From Candidatus Poribacteria bacterium (GTDB lineage: Bacteria; Poribacteria; WGA-4E; WGA-3G), in the NCBI GenBank assembly GCA_965197475.1, contig CBDANF010000003.1, forward strand, positions 832,001-896,000: a stretch of 64,000 nt of DNA, written 5' to 3'. The notes under the pieces were generated by a model. It made no database searches. It worked only from the letters and a program-made list of their open reading frames with translations, and was not told where the DNA came from. Of this stretch, positions 30,749 through 41,549 are shown in pieces (position 1 is the first letter of the stretch; each line of letters opens with the position of its first letter). The position numbers were made by a program, and so were the translations under genes.

Positions 30749-31699
30749 ATGAAAATCGCGAAAAACCTGACAAAACTTATCGGGAATACGCCGATGGTCC
30801 GGCTGAACGCACTGCCAGGTAAAGAGGATGCGACGATCTTTGCAAAGTTGGAATCCTACAATCCTGGCGGTAGCATCAAAGATCGCATTAGTTACGGAAT
30901 GGTAGTTGATGCAGAGGATCGCGGCATACTAAAACCGGGGGATACCATCGTTGAACCGACAGCAGGCAACACAGGGATCGGTCTCTCTATTGTTGGGGTT
31001 GCACGCGGTTATCGTGTAATTTTGACAATGCCGGAGTACGTTAGCAGCGAAAAATATGCACTCCTTTCTGCTTTTGGCGCGGAAATTGTGCTTACGCCGG
31101 AACACGGCGGTATGGCAAGCGCAATTTGGGAAGCAGAGGAAATTCTTCGACGAAATTCGCGACACTATATGCCGAACCAATTTACGAATCCCACAAACCC
31201 ACAGATTCACCGAGAGACAACTGCTGTTGAAATTCTGGAGTCCGTAGGAAGTAAAATAGATTTTTTGGTTATTGGGGTAGGAACAGGTGGAACGTTAACG
31301 GGCGTTGGTGAAGTGCTTAAGGCGCAGAATCCAAAAACCAAGGTTGTCGCTGTAGAACCCCTTGTTTCATCAGTACTTTCGGGCGGAGTGCCCGGACCTA
31401 CGCGAATAGATGGACTCGGGGCAGGAATGGTGCCAGAGGTGTTGAATGTGGACATCATTGATGATGTGATTGCGGTTTCTGAAGAGGTGGCGTATCAAAC
31501 CATGAAAGATATCTCAAAAAATGAAGGTTTGTTGGTCGGAATGTCGTCCGGTGCAAATGTGCATGCAGCATTGCAGGTCGCTAAAGCACAGGGACCAGAT
31601 AAAACTGTCGTCACAATTCTTCCAGATACAGGTGAACGTTACTTCAGTTTGAGTCGTTATTTTGAAATTGAATCCGATATTATGGAAACACTACCTTAA
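30749..31699 (+). CDS. cysK: Cysteine synthase
   Basis: LIGNTP, NPGGSIKDR, GTGGT, PDTGERY. Confidence 0.93.
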   Translation: MKIAKNLTKLIGNTPMVRLNALPGKEDATIFAKLESYNPGGSIKDRISYGMVVDAEDRGILKPGDTIVEPTAGNTGIGLSIVGVARGYRVILTMPEYVSSEKYALLSAFGAEIVLTPEHGGMASAIWEAEEILRRNSRHYMPNQFTNPTNPQIHRETTAVEILESVGSKIDFLVIGVGTGGTLTGVGEVLKAQNPKTKVVAVEPLVSSVLSGGVPGPTRIDGLGAGMVPEVLNVDIIDDVIAVSEEVAYQTMKDISKNEGLLVGMSSGANVHAALQVAKAQGPDKTVVTILPDTGERYFSLSRYFEIESDIMETLP

Positions 31700-31727
31700 A
31701 GGGAGTCTAAGTAGGAAAATAAGCGGA

Positions 31728-32486
31728 ATGACATTTCGAATTCAAAATGCTTCAATGATGAAATTGAAGCAGCAGATCAGTTTAACAGAGAATCCACAAG
31801 AAATCCTTTTCTCTCTTTTCAAACAGTTCAAAGATCGGGCAGCAATTGTCACAAGTGGTCAGTTGTCGGGCATGGTTCAGATCCATCTTGCCGCTGAAAA
31901 CAAACTACCATTTCGGGTATGTACGATTGACACGTTCCGCCTCTTTCCAGAAACATACACGTTTTTTGAACAAGTTGAAAAACGCTACGGTATTCAGATT
32001 GAACGTATCCAACCCGACACCACTGAAGTAGAAAAAATGGTTGCTGAACACGGAGAATACCTCTTTTTTGACAGCAAAGCAAAACAGAAGTACTGCTGTG
32101 ACATCCGCAAAATCAAACCCATGCAACAACTTTTAGAAACATTAGATGTGTGGATTACTGGCACGCGGAGAGATCAATCTGAAACACGACAAAATTTCCA
32201 GAAGGCAGAAGTCATTTCATCTACAATGCATTCTATCCTTAAGGTGAGTCCATTAATTCACTGGACAACTGAACAGGTGTGGGAATTTGTGCGTGAAAAC
32301 GATGTTCCTGTGCATCCGCTTTTTAAACCGGATGCACACGGACACTACTTTGAATCACTCGGATGTATGACTTGTACAACGCGAATCCAACCGGGCGAAC
32401 CTAAACGTGCAGGTCGATGGCGTTGGCAAAACGCAACAGATACTGATGAAAACAGTAAAGAGTGTGGATTACACTATGCTATTTAA
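31728..32486 (+). CDS. cysH: APS/PAPS reductase (CC and CxxC present, so APS type)
   Basis: IDT.RLFPETY, CCDIRK, WITG.RRDQS, SLGCMTCT, RAGRW, KECGLH. Confidence 0.9.
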   Translation: MTFRIQNASMMKLKQQISLTENPQEILFSLFKQFKDRAAIVTSGQLSGMVQIHLAAENKLPFRVCTIDTFRLFPETYTFFEQVEKRYGIQIERIQPDTTEVEKMVAEHGEYLFFDSKAKQKYCCDIRKIKPMQQLLETLDVWITGTRRDQSETRQNFQKAEVISSTMHSILKVSPLIHWTTEQVWEFVRENDVPVHPLFKPDAHGHYFESLGCMTCTTRIQPGEPKRAGRWRWQNATDTDENSKECGLHYAI

Positions 32487-32577
32487 TATCTAAACACTAC
32501 GGCGGATTTTCGTGCCGCCATTATGATACATAACATAAAGGATGGTGTCAGTAACTGACCCGATAAAGGAGGAAAAT

Positions 32578-32865
32578 ATGGCTATCACAGTTCGTATTCC
32601 AACCCCGCTGAGACGTTTGACACAGAATCTCGCGGAGGTTGAAACAGAAGGTACCAATATTCATGCCATCATTGAAAATTTGGACTCAGATTATCCAGGG
32701 ATGAAAGAACGTCTCTGTGATGAGGACGGAAATATCCGTAGGTTTGTGAATATCTATCTCAATGACGAGGATATCCGTTTTCTTGATGGAAAAGAGACAC
32801 CTGTATTAGATGGAGCTGAAATTTCAATAATTCCTGCCATTGCTGGTGGAAGAAACCTTTCTTAA
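32578..32865 (+). CDS. MoaD/ThiS ubiquitin-like sulfur carrier (CysO-like)
   Basis: VRIPTPLR, RRFVNIYLNDEDIR, IIPAIAGG followed by RNLS. Confidence 0.9.
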   Translation: MAITVRIPTPLRRLTQNLAEVETEGTNIHAIIENLDSDYPGMKERLCDEDGNIRRFVNIYLNDEDIRFLDGKETPVLDGAEISIIPAIAGGRNLS

Positions 32866-32915
32866 ATAGTATTTCGTGTAAGGGCGGATCTCCTATCCGT
32901 CCTTATGCGATTAAT

Positions 32916-33956
32916 AGACATTATAACTAATTAGTTGTCCGTTTGGTTAGTCTCTATTATACTTATTACAATCGGACAATAGGAGGCTAACTCATGATAA
33001 GTTTTCAAGAACTAAGGGACAAACCTGATACGCTCCTGTCCCTCACCGGATATACCTTAGAAGATTGGACTGAACTATCACCTTATTTTACTAAATGTTT
33101 TTTAGAGTATGTTCAAACACATACCCTTGCAGGAAAACCGCGCAAAAAACGGAGATATAAACCGTATAAAAATAGTCGTTTTGATACACCTGAAGATATG
33201 TTGCTATTTATACTGATTTACCTTCGTGAAGCACCGAAACAAGTGCTATTCGGTGCGCTCTTTGGCATGTCTCAACCTCTTGCTAATAGATGGATTCACT
33301 TGCTTTTATCGATATTGAACAAAGCATTAGCAGAACTTGGAGAGTTGCCATCTCGGGAAACAGACCCCGCCCCTATATGTGCTCCATCAAAAGTATCAAC
33401 TCAAAATCAAGAAGGAGAACATTTTTTTCATGATAGCACCGAACGCCCGATACGACGCCCAAAAGACCCGTCAACTCAAAAGGCGTATTATAGTGGTAAA
33501 AAGAAATGCCATACAGTGAAAAATAATCTGATTATCAATGAGACCTGCAAAGTCGTCCTATTGACACCTTCTTTTGAAGGAAGACACCCTGACAAACACA
33601 TAGCCGATATGGTGGGCTATTGTGTGCCACAGGGTAGCACATTGTCCCAAGATACCGGTTTTCAGGGTTTCGTTCTCCCGGATATAAACATCATTCAACC
33701 GAAGAAAAAACCGAGAGGTAGAGAACGGACGAATGAAGAAAAAGAAAACAATAGAAAGATAGCGTCTATACGCATACGCGTTGAACATGCGATTAGTGGT
33801 GTCAAAAGATGCCGCATTGTCAAAGATAAACTCAGGAATTGGAAGAAAGGGTTTTGTGATTTAGTTATGGAAACTTGTTGTGGTTTACACAACTTCCGAC
33901 TAAACTTTAGACCCTCGCGTTATGAAACTCCTGTTATTTAAATCATTATAATGTCT
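32916..33956 (+). mobile_element. IS5-family (ISL2-like) element, intact
   Basis: TIR agacattataa/ttataatgtct, AAT TSD, 315-aa transposase. Confidence 0.9.
32994..33941 (+). CDS. DDE_Tnp_4-type transposase
   Basis: DSTERPIRRP, YYSGKKK.HT.K, DTGFQG, RIRVEHAI. Confidence 0.9.
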   Translation: MISFQELRDKPDTLLSLTGYTLEDWTELSPYFTKCFLEYVQTHTLAGKPRKKRRYKPYKNSRFDTPEDMLLFILIYLREAPKQVLFGALFGMSQPLANRWIHLLLSILNKALAELGELPSRETDPAPICAPSKVSTQNQEGEHFFHDSTERPIRRPKDPSTQKAYYSGKKKCHTVKNNLIINETCKVVLLTPSFEGRHPDKHIADMVGYCVPQGSTLSQDTGFQGFVLPDINIIQPKKKPRGRERTNEEKENNRKIASIRIRVEHAISGVKRCRIVKDKLRNWKKGFCDLVMETCCGLHNFRLNFRPSRYETPVI

Positions 33957-33980
33957 AATACATAAGATTATCACAATAAT

Positions 33981-34694
33981 ATGGTAACTTTGCTTCCGAA
34001 AACCCTTGATGATATCTGCGACCACGCTAAGAAACAATTTCCTGATGAATGCTGCGGTGTAATATTGCAGGCAGGGACGCATGAATTTGTCAGACCGTGC
34101 CGCAATATTCAAAATGAGATGCATAGGGACGACCCTACTGCATATCCGCGCGATGCTCGTACAGCCTACTTAATGCACCCCGATGATTTAATTTCTATCC
34201 ATAAAGAGGCAGAAACACAACAGCGACCGATTAAGGCGTTTTACCATTCCCACCCGAACCACGAAGCATACTTCTCTGAGAAGGATAAATCGGACGCAAT
34301 GATGCGGGGGGAACCCGCATATCCAGGTGTAGCATATCTCGTCATCTCTATTTACGAAGACACAATTCGCGTTGTCAAAGCTTTTGAGTGGGACGAAGTC
34401 GCATCGGATTTTATTGAGACTCCAGTCCAAACGATTCCATCCGGAGCGATCCAAGCGACCTCTTTAAAGGTGCGTCTGACTTTTCCGCCCGAAAAAATCA
34501 CTGAACCTATTATTTACAACATCGGACAACAATTCCGTGTAGTTACCAATATCCGTCGCGCTAACGTGACAGAGGAGTCGGGGTGGATCATGTTAGAAAT
34601 ACGTGGTTCTTCCGATGAAATTGAACGTGCTATTGATTACCTAAAAAACATCAATGTCCAGGTTGAGCCTGTTGAAGGCGATGTTGTCCAATAG
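33981..34694 (+). CDS. JAB/M67 metallopeptidase (Mec-like) fused to a NIL-like domain
   Basis: FPDECCG, YHSHP...FSEKD; C-terminal LTFP...EPIIY...F.VVTNIRRANV...GW. Confidence 0.82.
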   Translation: MVTLLPKTLDDICDHAKKQFPDECCGVILQAGTHEFVRPCRNIQNEMHRDDPTAYPRDARTAYLMHPDDLISIHKEAETQQRPIKAFYHSHPNHEAYFSEKDKSDAMMRGEPAYPGVAYLVISIYEDTIRVVKAFEWDEVASDFIETPVQTIPSGAIQATSLKVRLTFPPEKITEPIIYNIGQQFRVVTNIRRANVTEESGWIMLEIRGSSDEIERAIDYLKNINVQVEPVEGDVVQ

Positions 34695-34854
34695 GTCATT
34701 ATTCCTGAATGTTCCCAAGTTCCGTTATAACCCATCAAAATTCACTTTTTTTCTTGAATTTAATATGAAAATAAGTCATAATTAAGATCGAATCTAACAC
34801 ATTGTTCCGAAAAACAACGAATTTGACTTAATCACTACCATTACGGAGCGGATA

Positions 34855-35475
34855 TTGAAAAATAGGTTGGGAGTAATCCAATTTCTATTATGTCTCATCA
34901 TCAGCAGCAGTTTCGTAGGGTGTGATGCTCCTAACACCAAAAAACAACCTTACGAAACACTCGTTTTTAATGTTGATGAAACCCAACTTGAACCTGTGAT
35001 AACGGATACAGTCCTCAAGATCAAAATAGCCTCACCGAAAAATTGGAAGATGATTGACAATTCAATGCTCACGCAAGTTGTTAACGAGTTGGATACCCAA
35101 CTCATGGGTGAACTAAAACTCGTTCCACGATGGATATTTTTAAATGAAGGTTCGCGTGCGATGTGTGTCGTGTCAAAGTTGGATGGTGTGGATATCGCGC
35201 CAGACGATAATTTATTAAAAACCCTTACGACTGCTTACCAAAATCAATTTCCAAATGCATTGGTTAAGCAAACAATTTTTATGAAAGATGCTTTCCGCGT
35301 CCATCAATTAATGGTTATTGCTACCGATTTTGTACTCATCAAACTGATTTGTGATGCACCCGAAACCCTCGTTTTTGAGGTTGATTACCGCATTCCTAGA
35401 GATGTCTACCAAATTGAACTGAAAGCAATTGAATCATCAATTGGTTCTATCAACCTAATCCAAAAACACCGGTAG
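34855..35475 (+). CDS. Hypothetical lipoprotein
   Basis: FVGC lipobox; 206 aa. Confidence 0.65.
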   Translation: MKNRLGVIQFLLCLIISSSFVGCDAPNTKKQPYETLVFNVDETQLEPVITDTVLKIKIASPKNWKMIDNSMLTQVVNELDTQLMGELKLVPRWIFLNEGSRAMCVVSKLDGVDIAPDDNLLKTLTTAYQNQFPNALVKQTIFMKDAFRVHQLMVIATDFVLIKLICDAPETLVFEVDYRIPRDVYQIELKAIESSIGSINLIQKHR

Positions 35476-35512
35476 ATGTGCTTTGAAAGCACTTCGCCGA
35501 AAGGAGAAACTT

Positions 35513-35806
35513 ATGTTCAGAAAACTTTCTGCTGTCCTGCTTATCGTAGTTATCTTGTTTGTCATTGGTTGTGCCACACATGTTCACCAAGTCGGGAACG
35601 GTGCGCAAGGCAATGAAACTATGGAAGCACGTCAATGGTATATCTTGTGGGGGCTAGTCCCGATTAACAACGTCGACACAAACACCATAGCGGCTCAGAC
35701 AACCGATTATGAAATCACGACTTCAATGACACCAGTTGATTTCATCATCAATGTGGTTGCTGGTTCCATCACAGTCAATTGCAGGACGGTTATCGTTCGG
35801 AAATAA
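35513..35806 (+). CDS. Bor/Iss-like small lipoprotein
   Basis: VIGCAT lipobox, QWYILWGLVP. Confidence 0.65.
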   Translation: MFRKLSAVLLIVVILFVIGCATHVHQVGNGAQGNETMEARQWYILWGLVPINNVDTNTIAAQTTDYEITTSMTPVDFIINVVAGSITVNCRTVIVRK

Positions 35807-36070
35807 CCGATAGCAGATTCGAGATATCAAAGGACAGAGCAAATGTCTGGTTTGTTTTGAAATTTGCTCTGGCCTTTGATTAAGCCTGCAACTATATTTA
35901 AAGAACCGTTTTCGTGCCGATATGTTATAATTGAGATAGAATAATTTGTAAAACTATTACTGCACCAATTGAACCTGAATTAAATCTGAAACCTTCTGAA
36001 CATTGCCTAAACATAACAACTTGAGTTATTTATTAAACATTAAATACTGTAGTACCATTAACATGAAAAT

Positions 36071-38386
36071 TTGATGCACATCCTGCAACCAGGACGGTTT
36101 CGTTCCCTCCAAAGATTTCTACCAGATTTTAATATAAGTTACAGTGTTCACCTCCGTCCTTACGTGCACATTATAACGATCTCAGCATTTTCCCTTGCAA
36201 TCGGATTAGGAATAGCACTTCACAACTATCTCGTATTTGAATTCCATGACAATTCGGGTGTAGTCGGGTGGGTAAGTGTTCACCAGTATCCAAAACAGCA
36301 AGAATTTTTATACTACCTACTCGCGCTTGTAGGAATTCCCATCATTATTTGGCTTTATTGGTTTGGATGGCTTACGTATTCACAATGGGCTGCCAAAGTA
36401 ACTAATCAATCGATACACCGTGTGTTGAGACTAAATGCACTTGCCTCAGTGCCATTGTGGTTAAGTTGGCTACAGATTTATAACTTTGATCAAGCAGGTT
36501 TTTTAGGATTAACGCTTCCAATCGGGTTAACGCTCTTATTTAAATTGGTTCTATTCGGTCTCAGGTTTCAGCCTATCGAAGGAAAACGCGATACGGTATC
36601 ATCAGAACCGCTCACCCTTCAAGATGGGAAAACGTCCACAATGCCGAGAGGTCTACGTTTACTTCTCCGCGGGTGTGAATACATTCTTCTCCCCATTTTT
36701 ATCTACTTGCTCATGTATAACGGTAATATTAATGGGGGCATTGATATGTTCCATGAAGGTGAGCGGCTTGCCCCTCTGAATGAGATGCTCCATGGTGGAG
36801 TAGTCTTCAGTGATGTCTATGTCCAACATGGGCTTTTTCAGAATGCGTATTTAGCGTGGTTTGGCAGTAAAATCTTTGAACCGACACTGATGGGGGTGCG
36901 CTCTATGGAACGCGTCTTGGGTCCACTCGGTTACATTGCGCTATATCTGCTCGGTTTGCAAGTATTTCGTGGAAGATTTTTAACCGCCTTTATCTGTTTC
37001 CTCATCGCTTCTGGAAGCAATTTTTCAGTATCACCAAGACATTGTCTCGGTTTACTCAGTTTCGTTTGTGTTGCTAATTATCTAACGTCCCATCGCGAGA
37101 AAGGACTTTTTCTCCCTTGGCAACGCAATTTGTCTGAAAAACCGACATGGGTCTCGTTTCTCTTTAAGTTTGGTTGGAAACTTATTCTGGCGGGATTTTT
37201 TACAAGTTTGGCGTTCTGGTACAGTACTGAAGTTGGCTTGTATACGCTCGGTGCTATCAGTCTTTTTCTGATGAGTTACTGCTTACAACGTAGGATTCAA
37301 ATACACCTACGACCTTTGCCGTTAATCAGTTATTATAGTGGACTTCTATTGGGTTTTCTTCCAGTGGCAATCTATTTTCTGGCACACGGTGCGTTGGACG
37401 ATGCTATCTGGAATTCGTATATTCAGTGCAAATACCAGATTGCCACGTGGGGTCTCAAATTTCCATCTCTATCGGGAACCCTCTCTATCTTATTAGAAGA
37501 AGGATGGCAGGCGTTTTTCCTCAGCGGAGGATTTCGATGGTATCTTCCGATCTGTATTTTCATGTTTACTGCGGCATTCCTTACATATCGACGGTTATGT
37601 AGAAGTAATGTACCCCCAGACGACGCGCTGAAACTTCTACTCCTGTTACTTGGCGGTATTGCATTTTTCCGTACTGCGCTCGGTAGATCGGATGGCGGAC
37701 ATTTAAATTTTGGTGCTACCTTTCTGTGGCCGCTCTGTCTGTTCCCGTTAGACAGAGGTATATCAGAAATGCTCAGCAAACTTTTTGGTGGAGAAATGGG
37801 AGAAGGTTTTCGTTCGCGTCTCTCTTTACTGACAGATAAAGCGCGCTGGCAACGTGCCTTGAAAGCAGCGTGGATACTTATTCCAACAGCAATGTGTATC
37901 TGGTATGTTGGCGCGGTTCATCATCCACTGAATGGTTTTAGCAACAAATGGGATCGGATGCTTGCAAACCAATTTAAACAGAGCATTGCAACTGAGGAAT
38001 TGGAACGCGCAGGGAACGTTGATCTCCCGGATAATCAGGTTGAACAGATTCAAAAGGTGGTGGCTTACATTCAGGAAAACACTGCGTCAGATGAAAAAAT
38101 CTTTGATTTTACAAGTCAGGGGGCATATTTTTTCTTTGCAAACCGACCAAGTGTCACCCGATTTCACATGGTCTCGTATGCATCAACACCAGGGATGCAG
38201 CGCGAGGTGATCTCATCCTTGGAAAGCGATCAGACGCGGTTGGTTATTTTCAAGACAGGGGGTTGGTTTGACAATGTAGACGGTATCCCTGTTGAGGAAC
38301 GGCATCCACTTATCGCACAATACTTGGAAGATAACTATGAACTTGCTATTGATATTAATGGGGCAGAGATTTTGTTGCGCAGATGA
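36071..38386 (+). CDS. Polytopic membrane protein (GT-C glycosyltransferase-like)
   Basis: Many TM helices, DMFHEG..., soluble C-terminal domain. Confidence 0.6.
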   Translation: MMHILQPGRFRSLQRFLPDFNISYSVHLRPYVHIITISAFSLAIGLGIALHNYLVFEFHDNSGVVGWVSVHQYPKQQEFLYYLLALVGIPIIIWLYWFGWLTYSQWAAKVTNQSIHRVLRLNALASVPLWLSWLQIYNFDQAGFLGLTLPIGLTLLFKLVLFGLRFQPIEGKRDTVSSEPLTLQDGKTSTMPRGLRLLLRGCEYILLPIFIYLLMYNGNINGGIDMFHEGERLAPLNEMLHGGVVFSDVYVQHGLFQNAYLAWFGSKIFEPTLMGVRSMERVLGPLGYIALYLLGLQVFRGRFLTAFICFLIASGSNFSVSPRHCLGLLSFVCVANYLTSHREKGLFLPWQRNLSEKPTWVSFLFKFGWKLILAGFFTSLAFWYSTEVGLYTLGAISLFLMSYCLQRRIQIHLRPLPLISYYSGLLLGFLPVAIYFLAHGALDDAIWNSYIQCKYQIATWGLKFPSLSGTLSILLEEGWQAFFLSGGFRWYLPICIFMFTAAFLTYRRLCRSNVPPDDALKLLLLLLGGIAFFRTALGRSDGGHLNFGATFLWPLCLFPLDRGISEMLSKLFGGEMGEGFRSRLSLLTDKARWQRALKAAWILIPTAMCIWYVGAVHHPLNGFSNKWDRMLANQFKQSIATEELERAGNVDLPDNQVEQIQKVVAYIQENTASDEKIFDFTSQGAYFFFANRPSVTRFHMVSYASTPGMQREVISSLESDQTRLVIFKTGGWFDNVDGIPVEERHPLIAQYLEDNYELAIDINGAEILLRR

Positions 38387-38465
38387 AGGTTGAACTTGAT
38401 AGGGTGGGAATTCGTGGGAAGTGAGCGGATAAAGCCGCGCTTGCAGAAAAGTAAACTGTCTGCTG

Positions 38466-39536
38466 CTATATGTTCTCTTGTTGTGCGACAAAAATGCGGT
38501 AGATGTCTTCAAACAGTCTCACATCTGTTAGGGTATCTTCAGCAGATGAACGGAACGGTTCGGGGTTGTGTAGGTTTTTAATGAAATATTCCGCTTCTCT
38601 ATGATATGCCCATGTCCAGGAGGGTCTGGGAATTGGTCGTGTAACCTCCTGCTCTTCTCCAGCGCGATAAATTTCAACCTCTGCAGGTGTGTTCTTCAGC
38701 AACAGCGGCGGTGCCCAAGTATGAATCCACCCGTGCTGAAAGTAAATCTGTGAATGCTCATCCCAACGGTAATGCGAAACATGCCCGGTTTCCAGTGTTA
38801 CTCGTGTGCCACCCATATCAAAAATTACAACGCCTGTATATCCGTTTTCATTCAAATCAACCGCTTTCACGGTAACATTGTCACCAGCATCAAGAAGCCA
38901 TCGCATTAGATTGATATTGTGCGTGTACTGCTGAAGGTATCCGATGTATGCTCCCCTCCATTTTTCTGGAAGCCAGTCGGGGAATTTCTGCGGTGCGCTC
39001 GGTTTCGGTTCATCCGTACTGTCCATAGGCGTATCAAGATTGCACACCCAATCCCCGCCAAAGCCGTGATTTCGTGCATAAGTTAAGCGTCCGAGTTCAT
39101 CGGTTTCACGGAATTGGGTGATCTTCGCCTTGACAATCTCGTTGCCAGCATCATAACGTTTCATGTAGCCTACCATCAGCTTTTTACCGGATTCTTTTGA
39201 GGCATCAACAATCGCCTGTGCTTGTTCAACTGAAACAGCCATCGGTTTTTCCATAAAGACGTGTTTTCCCGCACGCAAGAGGTCTTTTGCAATCTCACCC
39301 TGCAAGGCGAAATCGGCGGAAACTGCAACCGCTTCAATATCGGCGTTTTGGGCAAGTTCAGTGTGGTCTCGATAGAGATGCGGAATTCCGAACCGCTTTT
39401 GGACTTTTTCACCGAGTTCAGAACGCATCTCTGCAAGTCCAACAATTTCACACTCAGGAATACTCGCAAAATTTGGGATATGCACCTTCTGTGCCATAAA
39501 CCCACAGCCGATATAACCGATTTTAACTTTTTCCAT
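38466..39536 (-). CDS. Gfo/Idh/MocA oxidoreductase
   Basis: IGCGFMA, KHVFMEKP, VGYMKRYD. Confidence 0.9.
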   Translation of the reverse strand: MEKVKIGYIGCGFMAQKVHIPNFASIPECEIVGLAEMRSELGEKVQKRFGIPHLYRDHTELAQNADIEAVAVSADFALQGEIAKDLLRAGKHVFMEKPMAVSVEQAQAIVDASKESGKKLMVGYMKRYDAGNEIVKAKITQFRETDELGRLTYARNHGFGGDWVCNLDTPMDSTDEPKPSAPQKFPDWLPEKWRGAYIGYLQQYTHNINLMRWLLDAGDNVTVKAVDLNENGYTGVVIFDMGGTRVTLETGHVSHYRWDEHSQIYFQHGWIHTWAPPLLLKNTPAEVEIYRAGEEQEVTRPIPRPSWTWAYHREAEYFIKNLHNPEPFRSSAEDTLTDVRLFEDIYRIFVAQQENI

Positions 39537-39980
39537 TTAGCGGTCTCCTTCGTCCACAAGCGATTCTATCTGATCTACTGCTGTTTGCGCACCTTCCCGC
39601 ACAAGCGCGGAGGCATCATTCTGTGCCAGCTGCTTGAGTTTGTTGAGGCTAAGCTTAGCTTCCAATTTGCCGAGTGCAACCGCAATGAAATAACGAACAT
39701 CAGCATCCTCATCGTCAAGAGCGTCAAGTAGTGCTTCTGTATCAGAAAGAGAGGCAAGATGCCGTTCCACATCACCGATATTAATCAACGATTGTGCCGC
39801 TATACGTCGAGAGTGGATATCACCATAACGTAAGGACACAAGTAATTCGTCATTACCCGCGGAAATTGTCTTAAGAGTATCCCAATCACAATCCAAACAA
39901 AACCATGAATTTCCGCCTAACTGCTGGACGTTTGCATTGCCACACTTAGGGCATTCCCCAAATTCCTGTTGTCGATTCAT
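39537..39980 (-). CDS. Zn-ribbon plus HEAT-repeat protein
   Basis: CPKC...CLDC; LDDEDADVRYFIAVALG; ATGA overlap with the upstream gene. Confidence 0.75.
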   Translation of the reverse strand: MNRQQEFGECPKCGNANVQQLGGNSWFCLDCDWDTLKTISAGNDELLVSLRYGDIHSRRIAAQSLINIGDVERHLASLSDTEALLDALDDEDADVRYFIAVALGKLEAKLSLNKLKQLAQNDASALVREGAQTAVDQIESLVDEGDR

Positions 39981-40369
39981 GAGGGACCTATTGCCTCCAA
40001 TTCTGGTAAATCTCGCCAAATTTCTGGACCTTCTGGCTTGAAATTAATTGTTGCGATGAACTGCATGCCGTGATAGAAGTTGATTTTGAACTTGCCGCCG
40101 CCGAAATTCTGTTTGAGGTAATCCAAAGGTGCATCAATTAGCGGACCCATTTCATCTGCGTAATAGAAAACGAGCGGTTTGAACCGAACAGTGTTACCTA
40201 CAGGTTCTTGCACCAAAAGCTGCGCGGAAGTGGCAGGAAAGAGCACCTGAAAGGCATCCCATAGATCAGCAACAGTAGGGTTCGGTTTCCCGATTCGCTT
40301 TTTGAAATCGTTTTCAAGATATTCAGAGAACGTGTTAAAAACCCAGTCCATGATTTGTGTCCTTTTCAA
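39977..40369 (-). CDS. Hypothetical protein
   Basis: 130-aa ORF translationally coupled to the next gene. Confidence 0.65.
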   Translation of the reverse strand: MKRTQIMDWVFNTFSEYLENDFKKRIGKPNPTVADLWDAFQVLFPATSAQLLVQEPVGNTVRFKPLVFYYADEMGPLIDAPLDYLKQNFGGGKFKINFYHGMQFIATINFKPEGPEIWRDLPELEAIGPS

Positions 40370-40394
40370 GTAATACCAATGGGATTTCGAGGTA

Positions 40395-40962
40395 TCAATC
40401 GAAATTAACGCGTGTATAGATGTCGCGCAAAGATAGTTTGCATCCGATGGAAGAGAGTGTTAGCGTGTCTTGAAGCGCGTGAAATTCCTTCGACTTCCAC
40501 GCTGCACCTTGAAGACGATGATGTTCAACATGCACCTTGTCTTGTGAAACGAGGATATATTCTTTCAGGATACTGTTGATAGTATTCGAACTTCTCACTT
40601 CTGTCATAAACTTCGGTTGAGGGTGAAAGCACCTCTATGATAACAACTGGATTGAGAAGTGTGTCAAAGGTTTCATCTTCAAATTCTGGTTCGCCGCAAA
40701 AAACGACTACATCCGGATAGAAATAGGAAACCATCGGACTTGTCTTCACACGCATATCGTTGGTAACAACTTCACACTCCTATCCTCTTAATTGGATGTT
40801 AAGTTCAGTGGCTATATCCAACGTAATGCGTGTATGCGCGAGACTTGCTCTGGACATCGCGAGTATCTCTCCGCTGAGGTATTCGCTTTTGAGCGTCTCC
40901 TTGCGTTCCAAAGACATATATTCCTCATGAGTAAAAAGGGTTTGTGCACCAAGAGATGACAT
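40395..40962 (-). pseudogene. Uma2-family endonuclease with in-frame stop and frameshift
   Basis: KSEYLSGEILAM, YPDVVV, IEVLSPST, EYILVSQD spread over three ORFs. Confidence 0.85.
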
Positions 40963-41126
40963 GCGTGCCTCCATGGATATGATTATGGTCGATTATAAGA
41001 TTAAAGATACACGTTTGAATCAGCGCGCCTACCGGTATATGTAATATAACATTATAAGCCAGGAGCCTTCAAGAAGTCCTTCCAATCAAAATTCGGCAGA
41101 GGGAACTCCTCTGTAGCTTTACATTG

Positions 41127-41540
41127 TCAGAACGTGGCAGCTTTTTCAAAGAACTCAATATCCACGCGCTCAACTTGTGCGGAACGCGCATTCTCTGCCA
41201 CACGTTGAACCACCATCTCCCGCACAAACGGGATCGGAATCCGTTTAACCCGATGCACAACCTCTTCCGTACAAGGCACATTGGTGTTGTCAAGGAAAGG
41301 TCCATCCTGAGGGGCAACTTCAGCAGGATGATCACACGTCTCTGGCACAAGTTGCTGTAACCGCATAGAGACGTAATCGGTCACCCACTGTTGAAACTTT
41401 TCGGTGCTTTCAGATTCTGCAGCACTGACTTGTGGAGTCTGCTCCAACTTCTCATTAATACTGACAAGCAGATTTTCCAAACGTGCCAAACGGTCTTCAA
41501 CACTCGTGAGTCGTTCTTGAACGTTAATTTGGTCGCTCAT
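41127..41540 (-). CDS. Coiled-coil plus PCP_red-like domain protein
   Basis: C-terminal CTEEVVHRVKRIPIPFVREMVVQRVAENAR. Confidence 0.65.
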   Translation of the reverse strand: MSDQINVQERLTSVEDRLARLENLLVSINEKLEQTPQVSAAESESTEKFQQWVTDYVSMRLQQLVPETCDHPAEVAPQDGPFLDNTNVPCTEEVVHRVKRIPIPFVREMVVQRVAENARSAQVERVDIEFFEKAATF

Positions 41541-41549
41541 GTTTCCTCC

